Assembly (NCBI GenBank): GCA_965243325.1
Contig: CBDEUQ010000003.1
Coordinates: forward strand, 932,304 to 996,303
Origin: Alphaproteobacteria bacterium
GTDB lineage: Bacteria > Pseudomonadota > Alphaproteobacteria > UBA7887
DNA: 64,000 nucleotides
Reading direction: 5' to 3'
This document shows, piece by piece, positions 1-10,888 of the stretch. Both the position numbers and the translations under genes were made by a program. The notes below the pieces were generated by a model. That model did no database searches, had not been told where the DNA came from, and saw only the letters and a list, made by a program, of their open reading frames with translations. Position 1 is the stretch's first letter, and each line of letters opens with the position of its first letter.

Positions 1-724
1 TGACGTGGCAGACCGTCTGCGGCGTCGTGATCGAGTCCGTCAGCCAGGAGAACGGCCGCTGCGGCGAATCCCCGTGCTGGACGGCGAGGGCCGCGCGGTC
101 GATCGTCGCCCCGTCGAGGCGCGGCGGCGTGCCGGTCTTCAGGCGTCCGACGCGAAAGCCGAGCCGCGCGACGGTGTCGGCGAGCGCGGTCGCCGGCGCC
201 TCGCCGACCCGCCCGGCGGCGGCGCTGCGCTCGCCGACGTGGATCCGCCCGCGCAGGAACGTCCCGCTGGTGATCACCACCGCGGCGGCGGCGATCTCGC
301 GCCCGTCCTCGAGGACGACGCCGCCGGCGCGGCCATCCGCGCCTACGATCAGGTCGCCGACCGCGGCGCGCTCGAGCGCGAGTCCCGGCCGTTCGCGCAG
401 CAATCCGGCGATGGCGCGGCGATACAGCGCCCGGTCGGCCTGGCAGCGCGGCCCGCGCACCGCGGGCCCCTTGCGCGCGTTCAGCTCGCGGAACTGGATC
501 CCGGCACGGTCGGCGGCGCGGCCCATCAGCCCGCCGAGCGCGTCGACCTCGCGGACCACGGTCCCCTTGGCGATGCCGCCGATCGCCGGGTTGCACGACA
601 TCGCGCCGACGGTCGCCGGGTCGTGGGTGAGCAGCAGGGTCCGGGCACCGAGCCGCGCCGCCGCCGCCGCCGCCTCGCAGCCGGCGTGGCCGCCGCCCAC
701 CACGATCACGTCCGCGCGCCGCAT
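1..724 (-). CDS. mnmG: tRNA uridine 5-carboxymethylaminomethyl modification enzyme MnmG (GidA), N-terminal part; gene continues past the window start
   Basis: Reverse translation from the ATG at 722-724 gives [54 protein letters not shown], the FAD-binding GidA N-terminus. It lies directly downstream of mnmE on the same strand. Confidence 0.85.
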   Translation of the reverse strand, partial: MRRADVIVVGGGHAGCEAAAAAARLGARTLLLTHDPATVGAMSCNPAIGGIAKGTVVREVDALGGLMGRAADRAGIQFRELNARKGPAVRGPRCQADRALYRRAIAGLLRERPGLALERAAVGDLIVGADGRAGGVVLEDGREIAAAAVVITSGTFLRGRIHVGERSAAAGRVGEAPATALADTVARLGFRVGRLKTGTPPRLDGATIDRAALAVQHGDSPQRPFSWLTDSITTPQTVCHV

Positions 725-790
725 GGCCGGCACTCTGGGAAGCGGCCCGGACCGAGTCAAGGCGGCGCCGGCCGTTTCACGTGAAACGGT

Positions 791-2122
791 CTATTTTCCT
801 ATGCAGAAGCTCGCGAAGACCGCATCGAGCACGTCCTCCACGTCCGCCCGGCCGGTGATGCGGCCGAGCGCGCGGACGGCGAGGCGAAGGTCTTCGGCGG
901 CGAGCTCGGGCTCGCCCGCGGCGGCGAAGCGGTCGAGCGCCTGCGCGCACTGTTCCAGGGCGTTGCGGTGCCGCGCCCGGGTCAGCGGCGCCCCGCCGTC
1001 CCCGCCGCCGCCGAGCTGGCCGGCGAGCGTGCTTACCAGCGCGTCGAGACCGTCGCCCGTCAGGCACGAGGTGGCGACCGCCGGCCAACCCGCGACGCGG
1101 CCCGGCAGATCGCATCCGGCGACGAGGTCGCGCTTGTTGAGGACGACGATGCCGCCGGCTTCGAGACCGCGCACGACGTCGGCGTCGATGGCGGGCCAGG
1201 TCGTCGCGTCGAACACCGCGAGCACGCGGTCGGCGCTCTCTGCCCGCGCCCGCGCCCGGCGCACGCCTTCGCGCTCGACCTCCCCCGGCGCCGCGCGCAG
1301 CCCGGCGGTATCGGCGACGGTGACGGGCACGCCGCCGAGATCAAGGCGCGCCTCGACCACGTCGCGCGTGGTCCCCGGCTGGGCGCTGACGATGGCCACG
1401 TCGCGCCGCGCCAAGCGGTTGACGAGGCTCGACTTGCCGGCGTTCGGCGGGCCGATCACCGCGACCTCGGCGCCGGCGCGCAGGCGTTCGCCGCGGCCGC
1501 CATCGGCGAGGTGGGCGGCGATCTCGGCCGCCGTCCTGGCCACTGCGGCGCGCGCCTCGTCGACGGCGCCGGCGGGCAGGTCCTCGTCGGCGAAGTCGAG
1601 CGCCGCCTCGACGAACGCGAGCGCGCCCACGAGGCGTTCGCGCCAGCCGTCGTAGAGGCGGCCGAGCGCGCCGTCGAGCTGGCGCAGCGCCTGGCGCCGC
1701 TGCGCCGCGGTTTCCGCCGCCACCAGGTCCGCGAGCCCCTCCGCCGCCGTCAGGTCGAGCTTGCCCGCCGCGAAGGCGCGGCGCGAGAACTCGCCCGGCT
1801 CGGCGAGGCGCAGCCCGGGCAGGCGGCCGAGCGCGTCGAGCACGCCGTCGACCACCGCGCGGCCGCCGTGGCAGTGAAGCTCCGCCACGTCCTCGCCGGT
1901 GAAGCTCGCCGGCCCGGGGAGCCAGAGGACGAGCGCGCGGTCGAGCGGCGCGCCGCAGGCCGGGTCGGAGAGCGCCGCGACGCGGGCGCGGCGCGGCGGC
2001 GGCAGGCGCCCGGCGAGCGCCGAGAGCGCACCGCCCGCCGCCGCGCCCGACAGCCGGATCACGGCGACGCCGGCGGCGCCGGGCGCGGACGAGAGTGCGA
2101 AAATCGTGTCGCCGGCGCTCAC
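791..2122 (-). CDS. mnmE: tRNA modification GTPase MnmE (TrmE)
   Basis: 443 aa ORF with G-domain GPPNAGKSSLVN and DTAG motifs and the C-terminal CIGK signature. GTG start at 2120-2122, stop at 791-793. Confidence 0.95.
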   Translation of the reverse strand: MSAGDTIFALSSAPGAAGVAVIRLSGAAAGGALSALAGRLPPPRRARVAALSDPACGAPLDRALVLWLPGPASFTGEDVAELHCHGGRAVVDGVLDALGRLPGLRLAEPGEFSRRAFAAGKLDLTAAEGLADLVAAETAAQRRQALRQLDGALGRLYDGWRERLVGALAFVEAALDFADEDLPAGAVDEARAAVARTAAEIAAHLADGGRGERLRAGAEVAVIGPPNAGKSSLVNRLARRDVAIVSAQPGTTRDVVEARLDLGGVPVTVADTAGLRAAPGEVEREGVRRARARAESADRVLAVFDATTWPAIDADVVRGLEAGGIVVLNKRDLVAGCDLPGRVAGWPAVATSCLTGDGLDALVSTLAGQLGGGGDGGAPLTRARHRNALEQCAQALDRFAAAGEPELAAEDLRLAVRALGRITGRADVEDVLDAVFASFCIGK

Positions 2123-2132
2123 GCGCGGGCGG

Positions 2133-2474
2133 TCATTCGTCCGGGCGCAGCATCAGCCGTTCGACGGGGCGGCCGGCGATCACGTGGTCCTCCAGCACCG
2201 CGTCCACGTCTTCGCGAGTCTCGCAGCGGTACCACACGCCGTCGGGGTAGACGACCATCGCCGGCCCGTGCTCGCAGCGGTCGAGGCAGCCCGCGGCGTT
2301 GATGCGCACGCCCGCGATCCCGAGCTTCTTCGCCTTCGCCTTCATGTAGTTGCGCAGCGCCGTTCCGCCCCTGGCGTCGCAGCAGCCGCGCGGATCGGCG
2401 GGATCGCGGACGTTGGTGCAGCAGAAGACGTGCAGGCGGTAGTAGGGGGCGAGCCCCGCGTTCTCGGCGGCCAC
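2133..2474 (-). CDS. (2Fe-2S) ferredoxin, thioredoxin-like fold
   Basis: The C-terminal ~110 aa of the antisense ORF 2133..5120 read VFCCTNVRDPADPRGCCDARGG...AAGCLDRCEHGPAMVVYPDGVWY, a Cys-cluster pattern typical of small thioredoxin-like ferredoxins. GTG start at 2474 is inferred; the gene ends 10 nt upstream of the mnmE start. Confidence 0.55.
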   Translation of the reverse strand: MAAENAGLAPYYRLHVFCCTNVRDPADPRGCCDARGGTALRNYMKAKAKKLGIAGVRINAAGCLDRCEHGPAMVVYPDGVWYRCETREDVDAVLEDHVIAGRPVERLMLRPDE

Positions 2475-2564
2475 GGCTTCCCTCGCACGCTTGGTCGACT
2501 GTAAGTTGCCGGCCACTGTAGCCGAAGACGCGGTCCGCGCAAGCGGCCCAGCGCGGAGGAGGCC

Positions 2565-4598
2565 ATGGCGGAAAACCTGTTGGCGCGAGAGACGAGCCCC
2601 TACCTGCTCCAGCACAAGGACAACCCCGTTGCCTGGATGCCGTGGGGAGACGCCGCCTTCGCTCGCGCGCGCGAGACCGGGCGGCCGATCCTGCTGTCGG
2701 TCGGCTACGCGGCATGCCACTGGTGCCACGTCATGGCGCACGAGTGCTTCGAGGACCCCGAGATCGCGGCGCAGATGAACGCGCTCTACGTCAACGTCAA
2801 GGTCGACCGCGAGGAGCGCCCGGATCTCGATGCCGTGTACCAGCACGCGCTGGCGCTGCTCGGCGAACACGGCGGCTGGCCGCTGACGATGTTTCTCACC
2901 CCGGAAGGCGAGCCGTTCTGGGGCGGCACCTATTTCCCGCCCACTCCGCGCTTCGGGCGTCCGGGGTTCCCCCAGGTCCTGGAGACGATCCACCGCATCT
3001 ACACCGGGGAGCCGAAGCGCCTGCGGGAGAACGTCGACGGCCTGCGCCGCGGGCTCGCGCGCCTGTCGCAAGCGCCCGCCGGCGCCGAAATCGGCGTGGC
3101 TCGCCTCGACGAGGTCGCCCGCGCGCTGCTGCGCATGACGGACGCCACGCTCGGTGGCCTGCAAGGCGCGCCGAAATTCCCCCAGACCGCCGTGTTCGAG
3201 GCCTTGTGGCGCGCCCACCTGCGCACCGGCGACGCCGCCCTTGCGCGCGCCGTCGTCGTCACCTGCGAGCGCATGTGTCAGGGCGGCATCTACGACCATC
3301 TGGGCGGCGGCTTCGCGCGATACTCCACCGATCCGCTGTGGCTGGTGCCGCACTTCGAGAAGATGCTCTACGACAACGCCCAGCTCGTCGACCTGCTCAC
3401 GCTGGTCTGGCAGGGCACGCGCGAGCCGCTGTTCGAGGCGCGGGTTCGCGAGACCGTGGACTGGACCCTGCGCGAGATGGTCGCCGACTCGGGCGCCTTC
3501 GCGGCGACGCTCGACGCCGACAGCGAGGGCGAGGAGGGTCGCTTCTACGTCTGGAGCGAACGCGAGATCGAGTCCGTCCTCGGCGCCGACGCGCGCCTCT
3601 TCAAGACCGCCTACGACGTCTCCGCGGGCGGCAACTGGGAAGGCCACAACGTCCTCAACCGCCTGCGCGTGCCGGCGCTCGCCGACGCCGGCGACGAGGC
3701 GCGCCTCGCCGATCTGCGCCTTCGCCTCCGGCAGCACCGCGAGACGCGGCCGCGGCCGGGTTGGGACGACAAGGTGCTGGCGGACTGGAACGGCCTGATG
3801 ATCGCGGCCCTGGCGCGCGCCGGCGCGGCCTTCGCCGAACCGGCGTGGATCGACGCGGCACGGCGCGCCTTCGACGCCGTGGTCCGGACGATGGGTGCGG
3901 CCGACGGCGGCGCGCGCCTCGCCCACAGCTGGCGCCTCGGCCGGACGCGGCACGCGGGGATGCTCGAGGACTACGCGAACATGGCGCGCGCGGCGCTGGT
4001 CCTCTACGAGATCGACCGTGCGCCCCGCCTTCTGCAGCGCGCCCGCGGCTGGACGGCGACGCTTGATGCGCACTTCTGGGATTCGGACGGCGGCGGCTAC
4101 TTCCAGACGGCCGACGACGTGAGCGATGTCATCGTGCGGGCGAAATCGGCCGTCGACGCCGCGACGCCGTCGGGCAACGGCACCATGCTCGGCGTCCTCG
4201 GCGCGTTGTGGGCGTTCGCCGGCGACGAGTCGTACCGCGCCCGCGCCGAACGGCTGACGGCGGCGTTCTCCGGCCAGCTCGTGGGCGGCCCGGGGTCGGC
4301 CTGCACGTTCATGAACGGCGTCGAGGACTCGATCGCCGGCATTCAGATCGTCGTCGTCGGCGACGACGACGATCCGGGAGCGCGGGCGCTTCTCGCGCGC
4401 GTCCACGGCCGCAGCCTGCCCGGCCGCACGCTTGTCGCCATCGCCGACGGCGCGTCGCTGGCGCCGGGCCATCCGGCGGCGGGGAAGACGAAGATCGACG
4501 GCAAGGCGACGGCCTACGTCTGCAGCGGCAGCACGTGCTCGCCGCCGGTGACCGACGCGGACGCGCTCGACCGCCTGTTGCAGCGGCGCGCCGCATGA
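2565..4598 (+). CDS. thioredoxin domain-containing protein (YyaL/DUF255 family)
   Basis: 677 aa. The N-terminus SPYLLQHKDNPVAWMPWGDAAF...YAACHWCHVMAHECFED is the DUF255 thioredoxin-like domain, followed by a six-hairpin glycosidase-like body. ATG 2565 is preceded by GGAGGAGG. Confidence 0.9.
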   Translation: MAENLLARETSPYLLQHKDNPVAWMPWGDAAFARARETGRPILLSVGYAACHWCHVMAHECFEDPEIAAQMNALYVNVKVDREERPDLDAVYQHALALLGEHGGWPLTMFLTPEGEPFWGGTYFPPTPRFGRPGFPQVLETIHRIYTGEPKRLRENVDGLRRGLARLSQAPAGAEIGVARLDEVARALLRMTDATLGGLQGAPKFPQTAVFEALWRAHLRTGDAALARAVVVTCERMCQGGIYDHLGGGFARYSTDPLWLVPHFEKMLYDNAQLVDLLTLVWQGTREPLFEARVRETVDWTLREMVADSGAFAATLDADSEGEEGRFYVWSEREIESVLGADARLFKTAYDVSAGGNWEGHNVLNRLRVPALADAGDEARLADLRLRLRQHRETRPRPGWDDKVLADWNGLMIAALARAGAAFAEPAWIDAARRAFDAVVRTMGAADGGARLAHSWRLGRTRHAGMLEDYANMARAALVLYEIDRAPRLLQRARGWTATLDAHFWDSDGGGYFQTADDVSDVIVRAKSAVDAATPSGNGTMLGVLGALWAFAGDESYRARAERLTAAFSGQLVGGPGSACTFMNGVEDSIAGIQIVVVGDDDDPGARALLARVHGRSLPGRTLVAIADGASLAPGHPAAGKTKIDGKATAYVCSGSTCSPPVTDADALDRLLQRRAA

Positions 4599-5089
4599 AC
4601 GCGGCGTTCGTCGACACGCCCGTCGGGCGTCTGCGCATTGTCGCCGCCGGCGCCGCGGTGACGGCGGTCTCCTGGTGCGATGCGCTCCGCGGCGGCGGCG
4701 CGGTCGACGGCGTTCTCGCCGACGCCGTGGCGCAGATCTCGGCCTGGTTCGCAGGACGGCTCGAAACGTTTTCGCTGCCGCTGGCGCCCGCGGGCACGCC
4801 GTTTCAGCGGCGCGTGTGGCGGGCGCTCGAGGCCGTGCCCTACGGCCGGACGAGGACCTACGGCGACGTCGCCCGCGACGTCGGCAGCGCCCCCCGCGCC
4901 GTCGGCCGGGCGTGCGGCGCCAACCCGATCCCGATCGTCGTTCCCTGCCACCGCATCGTCGCCGCCGGCGGCGGGCTGGGCGGCTACAGCGGCGCCGGCG
5001 GCGGCGACACCAAGCGCCGCCTGCTTGCGTTCGAAGCGGCCCGGATGCGATGGCCCGCCTCTGCGGCCGCCGGCCGCAACCAGTCCTGA
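4595..5089 (+). CDS. ogt: methylated-DNA--protein-cysteine methyltransferase
   Basis: Contains the active-site motif VPCHRIV and GGYSGAGG. ATG 4595 overlaps the yyaL stop (ATGA). Confidence 0.85.
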   Translation: MNAAFVDTPVGRLRIVAAGAAVTAVSWCDALRGGGAVDGVLADAVAQISAWFAGRLETFSLPLAPAGTPFQRRVWRALEAVPYGRTRTYGDVARDVGSAPRAVGRACGANPIPIVVPCHRIVAAGGGLGGYSGAGGGDTKRRLLAFEAARMRWPASAAAGRNQS

Positions 5090-5112
5090 AACCGAAGGAG
5101 AGACGACCAGCC

Positions 5113-6093
5113 ATGAGCACTCACGCCATTCGCGCCCGGGAGACGGGCGGCCCGCAGGTCATGAATTGGGAAGAGATCGACGTGGGCGATCCCGGTCCCG
5201 GCGAGATCCGCATCCGCCACGGCGCCGTCGGCCTCAACTACATCGACACCTACCACCGCAGCGGTCTGTATCCGATCGCCGAGTACCCGTTCACGCCGGG
5301 GCTCGAGGGTGCCGGCACGGTCGAGGCGACGGGCGAGGGCGTGGCCGATCTCGCGGCGGGCGATCGTGTCGCCTACGCCTCGCCGCCGATGGGCGCCTAC
5401 GCCGAGGTGCGCCTGATGACCGCGGCGAACGTGGTCAGGATCCCCGACGGCGTCGACGACGAGACCGCCGCGGCGATGATGCTGAAGGGCATGACGGTGG
5501 AGTATCTCCTGCGCCGGACGTATCCGGTGAAGGCCGGCGACACCATCCTCTTCCACGCTGCCGCCGGCGGCGTCGGCCTCATCGCCTGCCAGTGGGCGAA
5601 GGCGATCGGCGCGACGGTGATCGGCACGGTGGGGACCGAGGAGAAGGCGGCGCTGGCGCGCGCCCACGGCTGCGACCATCCGGTCGTCTACACGCGCGAG
5701 AACTTCACCGAGCGGGTGCGCGAGATCACCGACGGCAAGGGCGTGCCCGTGGTTTACGACTCGGTCGGCAAGACGACGTTCGAGGGCTCGCTCGACTGTC
5801 TTGCGCCGCGCGGGCTGATGGCCTCGTTCGGGCAGTCGTCGGGTTCGGTCGGGGCGTTCGACCCCGGCCTGCTCGCCGCCAAGGGCTGCCTCTATTTCAC
5901 CCGGCCGTCGCTGATGGTCTACAACGCCTCGCGCGCCGAGCTGGTCGACAGCGCCGACGCGCTGTTCGGCATGGTGTCGAGCGGCAAGGTGAAGATCGAG
6001 ATCAACAACCGCTATCCGCTCGCCGACGCGGTGCAGGCGCACCGCGACCTGGAGGGCCGCAGGACGACCGGATCGACCGTCTTCTCCGTGTAG
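5113..6093 (+). CDS. qor: NADPH:quinone oxidoreductase (zeta-crystallin / MDR family)
   Basis: 326 aa, MDR fold with AAAGGVG nucleotide-binding motif. Starts MSTHAIRARETGGPQVMNWEEID. Confidence 0.9.
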   Translation: MSTHAIRARETGGPQVMNWEEIDVGDPGPGEIRIRHGAVGLNYIDTYHRSGLYPIAEYPFTPGLEGAGTVEATGEGVADLAAGDRVAYASPPMGAYAEVRLMTAANVVRIPDGVDDETAAAMMLKGMTVEYLLRRTYPVKAGDTILFHAAAGGVGLIACQWAKAIGATVIGTVGTEEKAALARAHGCDHPVVYTRENFTERVREITDGKGVPVVYDSVGKTTFEGSLDCLAPRGLMASFGQSSGSVGAFDPGLLAAKGCLYFTRPSLMVYNASRAELVDSADALFGMVSSGKVKIEINNRYPLADAVQAHRDLEGRRTTGSTVFSV

Positions 6094-6106
6094 GGGGCCG
6101 CCGGAG

Positions 6107-6135
6107 CCGGACGGGCCGCGCGGCGCCCCGTCCGG
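6107..6135. terminator. GC-rich hairpin between convergent qor and rho (candidate bidirectional terminator; no U-run)
   Basis: CCGGACGGG-ccgcgcggcgc-CCCGTCCGG, a 9-bp perfect stem, sits 14 nt after the qor stop and 14 nt before the rho stop. Confidence 0.4.
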
Positions 6136-6148
6136 CGCCGCGCCGCGC

Positions 6149-7405
6149 TCACTGGTTCATCGAGCGGAAGAACTCGGTGTTCGACTTCGCCGCTCGCAGC
6201 TTGTCGAGCAGGAATTCCATCGCGTCCGTGACCCCCATCGGCGTCAGGATGCGGCGCAGCACCCACATTTTCGACAGCTCGCCCTTGTCGGCGAGCAGCT
6301 CTTCCTTGCGCGTTCCCGACTTGCCGATGTCGATGGCCGGGAAGGTGCGCTTGTCGGCGAGCTTGCGGTCGAGGACGATCTCCGAATTGCCGGTGCCCTT
6401 GAACTCCTCGAAGATGACCTCGTCCATGCGCGATCCGGTATCGATCAGCGCGGTGGCGATGATCGTCAGCGAGCCTCCCTGCTCGATGTTGCGCGCGGCG
6501 CCGAAGAAGCGTTTCGGGCGTTGCAGGGCGTTCGCGTCGACGCCGCCTGTCAGCACCTTCCCCGAAGACGGGACGACGGTGTTGTAGGCGCGCGCGAGGC
6601 GCGTGATCGAGTCGAGCAGGATCACCACGTCGCGCTGGTGTTCGGTCAGCCGCTTGGCTTTCTCGATGACCATCTCGGTGACCTGGACGTGGCGCGTCGC
6701 CGGTTCGTCGAACGTCGAGCTGATGACCTCGCCGCGCACCGACCGCTGCATGTCGGTCACTTCCTCCGGCCGCTCGTCGATCAGCAGCACGATGAGATAG
6801 GCGTCGGGGTGGTTGGCCGCGAGCGAGTGCGCGATGTTCTGGAGGATCACCGTCTTGCCGGTCCGCGGCGGCGCGACGATCAGCGCCCGCTGACCCATGC
6901 CGATGGGCGCCACGAGGTCGATCACGCGGGCGCTCATGTCCTTGATCGACGGGTCCTCGATCTCGAGGCGCAGCCGCCGGTCGGGATAGAGCGGGGTCAG
7001 GTTGTCGAAATTGACCTTGTGGCGCGCCTTCTCCGGCCCCTCGTAGTTGACGGTGTTGATCTTGAGCAGCGCGAAATAGCGTTCGCCGTCCTTCGGCTGG
7101 CGAATCTCGCCTTCGATGGTGTCGCCGGTGCGCAGCGCGAAGCGCCGGATCTGGCTCGGCGACACGTAGATGTCGTCGGGTCCCGGCAGGTAGTTCGCTT
7201 CCGATGAGCGCAGGAAGCCGAAACCGTCCTGCAGGATCTCCAGCACGCCCTCGCCGAAGATCGAGACGTCGCTTTCCGCGAGCTGCTTGAGAATCGCGAA
7301 CTGCAGGTCCTGCTTGCGCAGCGTGCTGGCGTTCTCCACGCCGCACTCCTCGGCGTAGGCCAGGAGCTCGGTCGGCTTCTTGCGTTTCAGTTCTCTGAGA
7401 TTCAT
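6149..7405 (-). CDS. rho: transcription termination factor Rho
   Basis: 418 aa. N-terminal [20 protein letters not shown], Walker A APPRTGKT, and highly conserved RecA-like core. Confidence 0.97.
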   Translation of the reverse strand: MNLRELKRKKPTELLAYAEECGVENASTLRKQDLQFAILKQLAESDVSIFGEGVLEILQDGFGFLRSSEANYLPGPDDIYVSPSQIRRFALRTGDTIEGEIRQPKDGERYFALLKINTVNYEGPEKARHKVNFDNLTPLYPDRRLRLEIEDPSIKDMSARVIDLVAPIGMGQRALIVAPPRTGKTVILQNIAHSLAANHPDAYLIVLLIDERPEEVTDMQRSVRGEVISSTFDEPATRHVQVTEMVIEKAKRLTEHQRDVVILLDSITRLARAYNTVVPSSGKVLTGGVDANALQRPKRFFGAARNIEQGGSLTIIATALIDTGSRMDEVIFEEFKGTGNSEIVLDRKLADKRTFPAIDIGKSGTRKEELLADKGELSKMWVLRRILTPMGVTDAMEFLLDKLRAAKSNTEFFRSMNQ

Positions 7406-7811
7406 GGACTGTTGCCGGAGCTTCGGGCCGCGCCGCGGGCGCGGCCGGCGGGTGAGGGGGAGAGTCGCCGCGCCGGCGGTGCGTAGCGGAGTGCCGCCGG
7501 GGTTCGCGGCGGATCCGATGGCGGCTTGGCGGAGGAGTGTCGGCGCGTAGACCGCCGGGCGGGCGAACCCTACACGACGGCGCGGCGGGGGTCAAACGCG
7601 GCGTCCACCGCTTCTTGCGCCAGGTTGCGCCCGGCACGGAGGGACGGCAATGACGCCCCGAATTCACAGCCGCCATCGTTGCCGCGAGTCTCGGAGGCGG
7701 TCGATTCGGCGTCTCTTCGCCCCCGGCCCCGGGACGCACGGAAACGCCGCGGGACGCGGGATCGGACATCCGCAATCTGGTACGGCCGGCCGCCGGCCCG
7801 GCGCGAGCGCC
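7406..7811 (-). promoter_or_regulatory. rho upstream region / long 5' leader (about 400 nt non-coding between purN stop and rho start)
   Basis: No credible ORF in this span. Long rho leaders with autogenous attenuation are common. Confidence 0.3.
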
Positions 7812-8468
7812 TCAGCCGCCTGCCGCCGGATTGACCAGCGCGCCCGCCGCGGCCGGAACGCCCTCGACGACCGCTCTTTCGTCCGCCACGCGGACCCGGC
7901 CCTCGGCGATCCAGCGCACCGCGAGCGGGTAGATGCGGTGCTCCGCGGCGAGCACGCGGGCAGCCAGGCGCTCCGCATCGTCGTCCGCGTGCACCGGCAC
8001 CGCCGCCTGGACGACGATCGGGCCCGAGTCCACCGCCGGGCGCACGTAGTGCACGGTGCAGCCGGCGACGCGCACGCCGGCGGCGAGCGCCCGCGCATGG
8101 GTGTTCAGGCCCTTGAAGGCGGGCAGCAGCGACGGGTGGATGTTGACCAGCCGGTCGCGCCAGCGGGCGACGAAGGCGTCGCCGAGCAGGCGCATGAAGC
8201 CGGCGAGGCAGACGAGGTCGGCGCCGTGCGCTGCGGCGGCGGCCGAGAGCGCGTCGTCGAACGCCTCGCGCCCGCCGTGGCCGCGGCGCTCGACCACCTC
8301 GCAGGCCACGCCGCGGTCCCGCGCGAGGCGGAGGCCCGCCGCGTCCGCCTGGTCGGAGATCACGACGGCGGGCTCGGCGGGGAACCCGGGCGTCCGGCAC
8401 GCCTCGACGAGCGCGGCCATGTTCGATCCGCGTCCCGAGATCAGAATGGCGAGGCGGCGCGCGCTCAA
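7812..8468 (-). CDS. purN: phosphoribosylglycinamide formyltransferase
   Basis: C-terminal 218 aa of ORF 7812..9542 read (L)[19 protein letters not shown]...[15 protein letters not shown] start at 8466-8468 overlaps the purM stop; the start is uncertain. Confidence 0.85.
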   Translation of the reverse strand: MSARRLAILISGRGSNMAALVEACRTPGFPAEPAVVISDQADAAGLRLARDRGVACEVVERRGHGGREAFDDALSAAAAAHGADLVCLAGFMRLLGDAFVARWRDRLVNIHPSLLPAFKGLNTHARALAAGVRVAGCTVHYVRPAVDSGPIVVQAAVPVHADDDAERLAARVLAAEHRIYPLAVRWIAEGRVRVADERAVVEGVPAAAGALVNPAAGG

Positions 8469-9502
8469 GCCGCCGTCACGCCGGGCTTCGCCGTCACCTC
8501 GCCGATCCGGTACGCCGTCTCGCCCGCCGCCGCGAACGCCGCCGCCGCATCGCCGGCGGCGTCGGCGGCGGTCACGGCCACCATGCCGATTCCGCAGTTG
8601 AACGTGCGCAGCATCTCGTCGCGGCCGACGTCGCCGTCCCCGGCGATCCATTGGAACACCGGCGGCGCCGGCCACGTGTCGAGGTCGATACGGGCGCCGA
8701 GCGCCGGCGGCAGCGCGCGCGGCAGGTTGTCGACAAGGCCGCCGCCGGTGACGTGCGCGAGCGCCTTGATCCCTGCGGGCAACGCGGCGCGGACCGCGGG
8801 AACGTAGATTCGCGTCGGCTCGAGCAGCGCGTCGCCCAGCGAACGCCCGCGGTCGAACGGCGCCGGCGCGGCCCAGGACAGGCCGCGGTCGGCGACGAGC
8901 CGGCGCACCAGCGAGAAGCCGTTGGCGTGGACGCCGCTCGACGCGAGGCCGATCAGCGCGTCGCCGGCGCACACGTCGCGCCGCGGCAGCACGCGGTCGC
9001 GCTCGACTGCGCCGACGGCGAAACCCGCGATGTCGTAGTGGCCGCGGCCGTAGAGCCCGGGCATCTCCGCCGTCTCGCCGCCGATCAGCGCGCACCCCGC
9101 CGCCCGGCACCCCTCGGCGATCCCGGCGACCACGGCCGCCGCCGTCTCGACCGACAACGCGCCCGTCGCGAAGTAGTCGAGGAAGAACAGCGGCTCGGCG
9201 CCGTGCACCGCGAGGTCGTTGACGCACATGGCCACGAGATCGATGCCGATACCGTCGTGCCGGCCGACCTCGGCGGCGAGCATCGACTTCGTGCCTGCGC
9301 CGTCGGTCGCAGCGACGAGCAGCGGGTCGCGCCACTGGCCCGCGGCGAGGTCGAACATGCCGCCGAACCCGCCCAGCGCGGCGTCGGCGCCGGGGCGCGC
9401 CGTCCGCGCCGCGAGCGGTGCGATGCGTCGCACCAGTTCGGCGCCGGCGTCGATGTCGACGCCCGCGCCGGCATAGCGGTAAGGATGCTCCGGCGGTCTC
9501 AT
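8465..9502 (-). CDS. purM: phosphoribosylformylglycinamidine cyclo-ligase
   Basis: 345 aa. Contains GGFGGMFDL and AIRS-family motifs. Confidence 0.95.
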   Translation of the reverse strand: MRPPEHPYRYAGAGVDIDAGAELVRRIAPLAARTARPGADAALGGFGGMFDLAAGQWRDPLLVAATDGAGTKSMLAAEVGRHDGIGIDLVAMCVNDLAVHGAEPLFFLDYFATGALSVETAAAVVAGIAEGCRAAGCALIGGETAEMPGLYGRGHYDIAGFAVGAVERDRVLPRRDVCAGDALIGLASSGVHANGFSLVRRLVADRGLSWAAPAPFDRGRSLGDALLEPTRIYVPAVRAALPAGIKALAHVTGGGLVDNLPRALPPALGARIDLDTWPAPPVFQWIAGDGDVGRDEMLRTFNCGIGMVAVTAADAAGDAAAAFAAAGETAYRIGEVTAKPGVTAA

Positions 9503-9687
9503 TTCCGGCGAATCGATCCGCTTCCGCGGCCCCTCGCGTCAACCCGGCTCGAGCCCCGGGCGTGAGGGACGAGGCGCGGTGGCGGCAGACGCCGCGGCGC
9601 GGCCCATCGACGGATGCCCGGGAGAATCGCTCGTGGTATCGTGGCGCACGAACACGGCGAACAATACCGTAACGAGGGTGGTTTGCA

Positions 9688-10860
9688 ATGCGCCTTGACC
9701 GGGTCGTCCGTGCCGCGGCGGCTGGAATCGCGTGCGCCGTTCCGGCCGTTCCGGCGGCTGCCGACGACCTGTTCGCGGTCGCCGGAATCGTCGTCGACGC
9801 GGAGGCGGAGAGCGCTCAGGCGGCGCAGGACGTCGCCGTCGCCGAGGCCGGGATCCGCGCGTTCGAACGCATGCTGCGCAAGCTCACCCTTCCCGCCGAT
9901 CACGAGCGCTTGCCGCCGGCCGAAGCGGCGGCGCTGACCGGCCTCGTGCGCGGCTGGGAGGTGACGAACGAGCGCCGCTCGGAGCGGCGCTACATCGGTG
10001 AGTTCACGGTTCGTTTCGACGCCGCCGCGGTGCGCGAGGCGCTGCGCGGCGCCGGCGTGTCCCACGCCGAGACCCGCAGCCCGCCGCTGCTCGTTCTTCC
10101 CGTCCTCGTCGGCGAGACCGGCGCCAACCTGTGGGACGTGCCCCACCCGTGGCGCGCCGCGTGGCGCGATCTCGACTGGCGCCACCGCCTGCTCGATCTG
10201 GCCTTGCCCTACGGCGAGCTTGCGGACCTCGCCGACATCTCGGCGTCGCAGGCGCTGGCCGGCGACGAAGCGCGGCTCGATGCCATCGCAGAGCGCTACG
10301 ACGCCGCCGGCGTCCTCGTGGCCGTGGCCCGGCCGGTGGCCGGCGGCGAATCGGTGGCGGTCGAGGTCGCGCCCCATCGCGCGCCGGTCACCGCGCCCGC
10401 GCCGGCGGACTTCCACGGCCCCGAGGCGTACCTCCGTGCCGCTGCGGCGCTTGCCGGCGCGCTTGAGAGGAGCTGGATCGCCGGGAATCTTCTCGGCACC
10501 GGCGGCGCCGAGCGCCTCGATGCGGTGGCCGGCCTCGGCGGGCTGGACGCCTGGATCGCGCTCCGCCGCGGCCTCGCCGCCCTGGGCCAGGTCGAGCGCG
10601 TCGAGGTGCACAGCCTGAGCGTCGCCGAGGCCGCGGTGACGCTGCACTATCTCGGCACCCGGGAGCGGCTGCGGGCGGCGCTCGCGGCGCGCGGCCTCGC
10701 GCTCGCCGCGGACGACGCCGACCGCTGGCGCATCGCCGTCGGGTCGTCCGCGGAGGGTTCGGACGCCGGTCCCGCACCGGCGGTGCCCGCGGCGCCGCGG
10801 CGCCCGGCCGAATCGGCGCCGCCCGCCGAGACGCTGTTCGACGATTTCCTCGTCGAATGA
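9688..10860 (+). CDS. DUF2066 domain-containing protein (secreted)
   Basis: 390 aa with a signal-peptide-like N-terminus. The conserved alphaproteobacterial context purM-DUF2066-AI-2E permease-hda is seen here. RBS GAGGGTGG precedes the ATG. Confidence 0.8.
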   Translation: MRLDRVVRAAAAGIACAVPAVPAAADDLFAVAGIVVDAEAESAQAAQDVAVAEAGIRAFERMLRKLTLPADHERLPPAEAAALTGLVRGWEVTNERRSERRYIGEFTVRFDAAAVREALRGAGVSHAETRSPPLLVLPVLVGETGANLWDVPHPWRAAWRDLDWRHRLLDLALPYGELADLADISASQALAGDEARLDAIAERYDAAGVLVAVARPVAGGESVAVEVAPHRAPVTAPAPADFHGPEAYLRAAAALAGALERSWIAGNLLGTGGAERLDAVAGLGGLDAWIALRRGLAALGQVERVEVHSLSVAEAAVTLHYLGTRERLRAALAARGLALAADDADRWRIAVGSSAEGSDAGPAPAVPAAPRRPAESAPPAETLFDDFLVE

Positions 10861-10888
10861 GCCGCAGCGCGCCCACCGCAGCGCCGGC

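Noticed and set aside
27-1655. 542-aa and 259-aa plus-strand ORFs over mnmG/mnmE
   Set aside because: Low-complexity Ala/Arg/Ser/Pro translation antisense to the strongly supported mnmG and mnmE genes.
2133-5120. 995-aa minus-strand ORF
   Set aside because: Arg/Ala/Gly-rich mirror of the plus-strand yyaL/ogt genes. Only its last ~110 codons (the ferredoxin at 2133..2474) look genuine.
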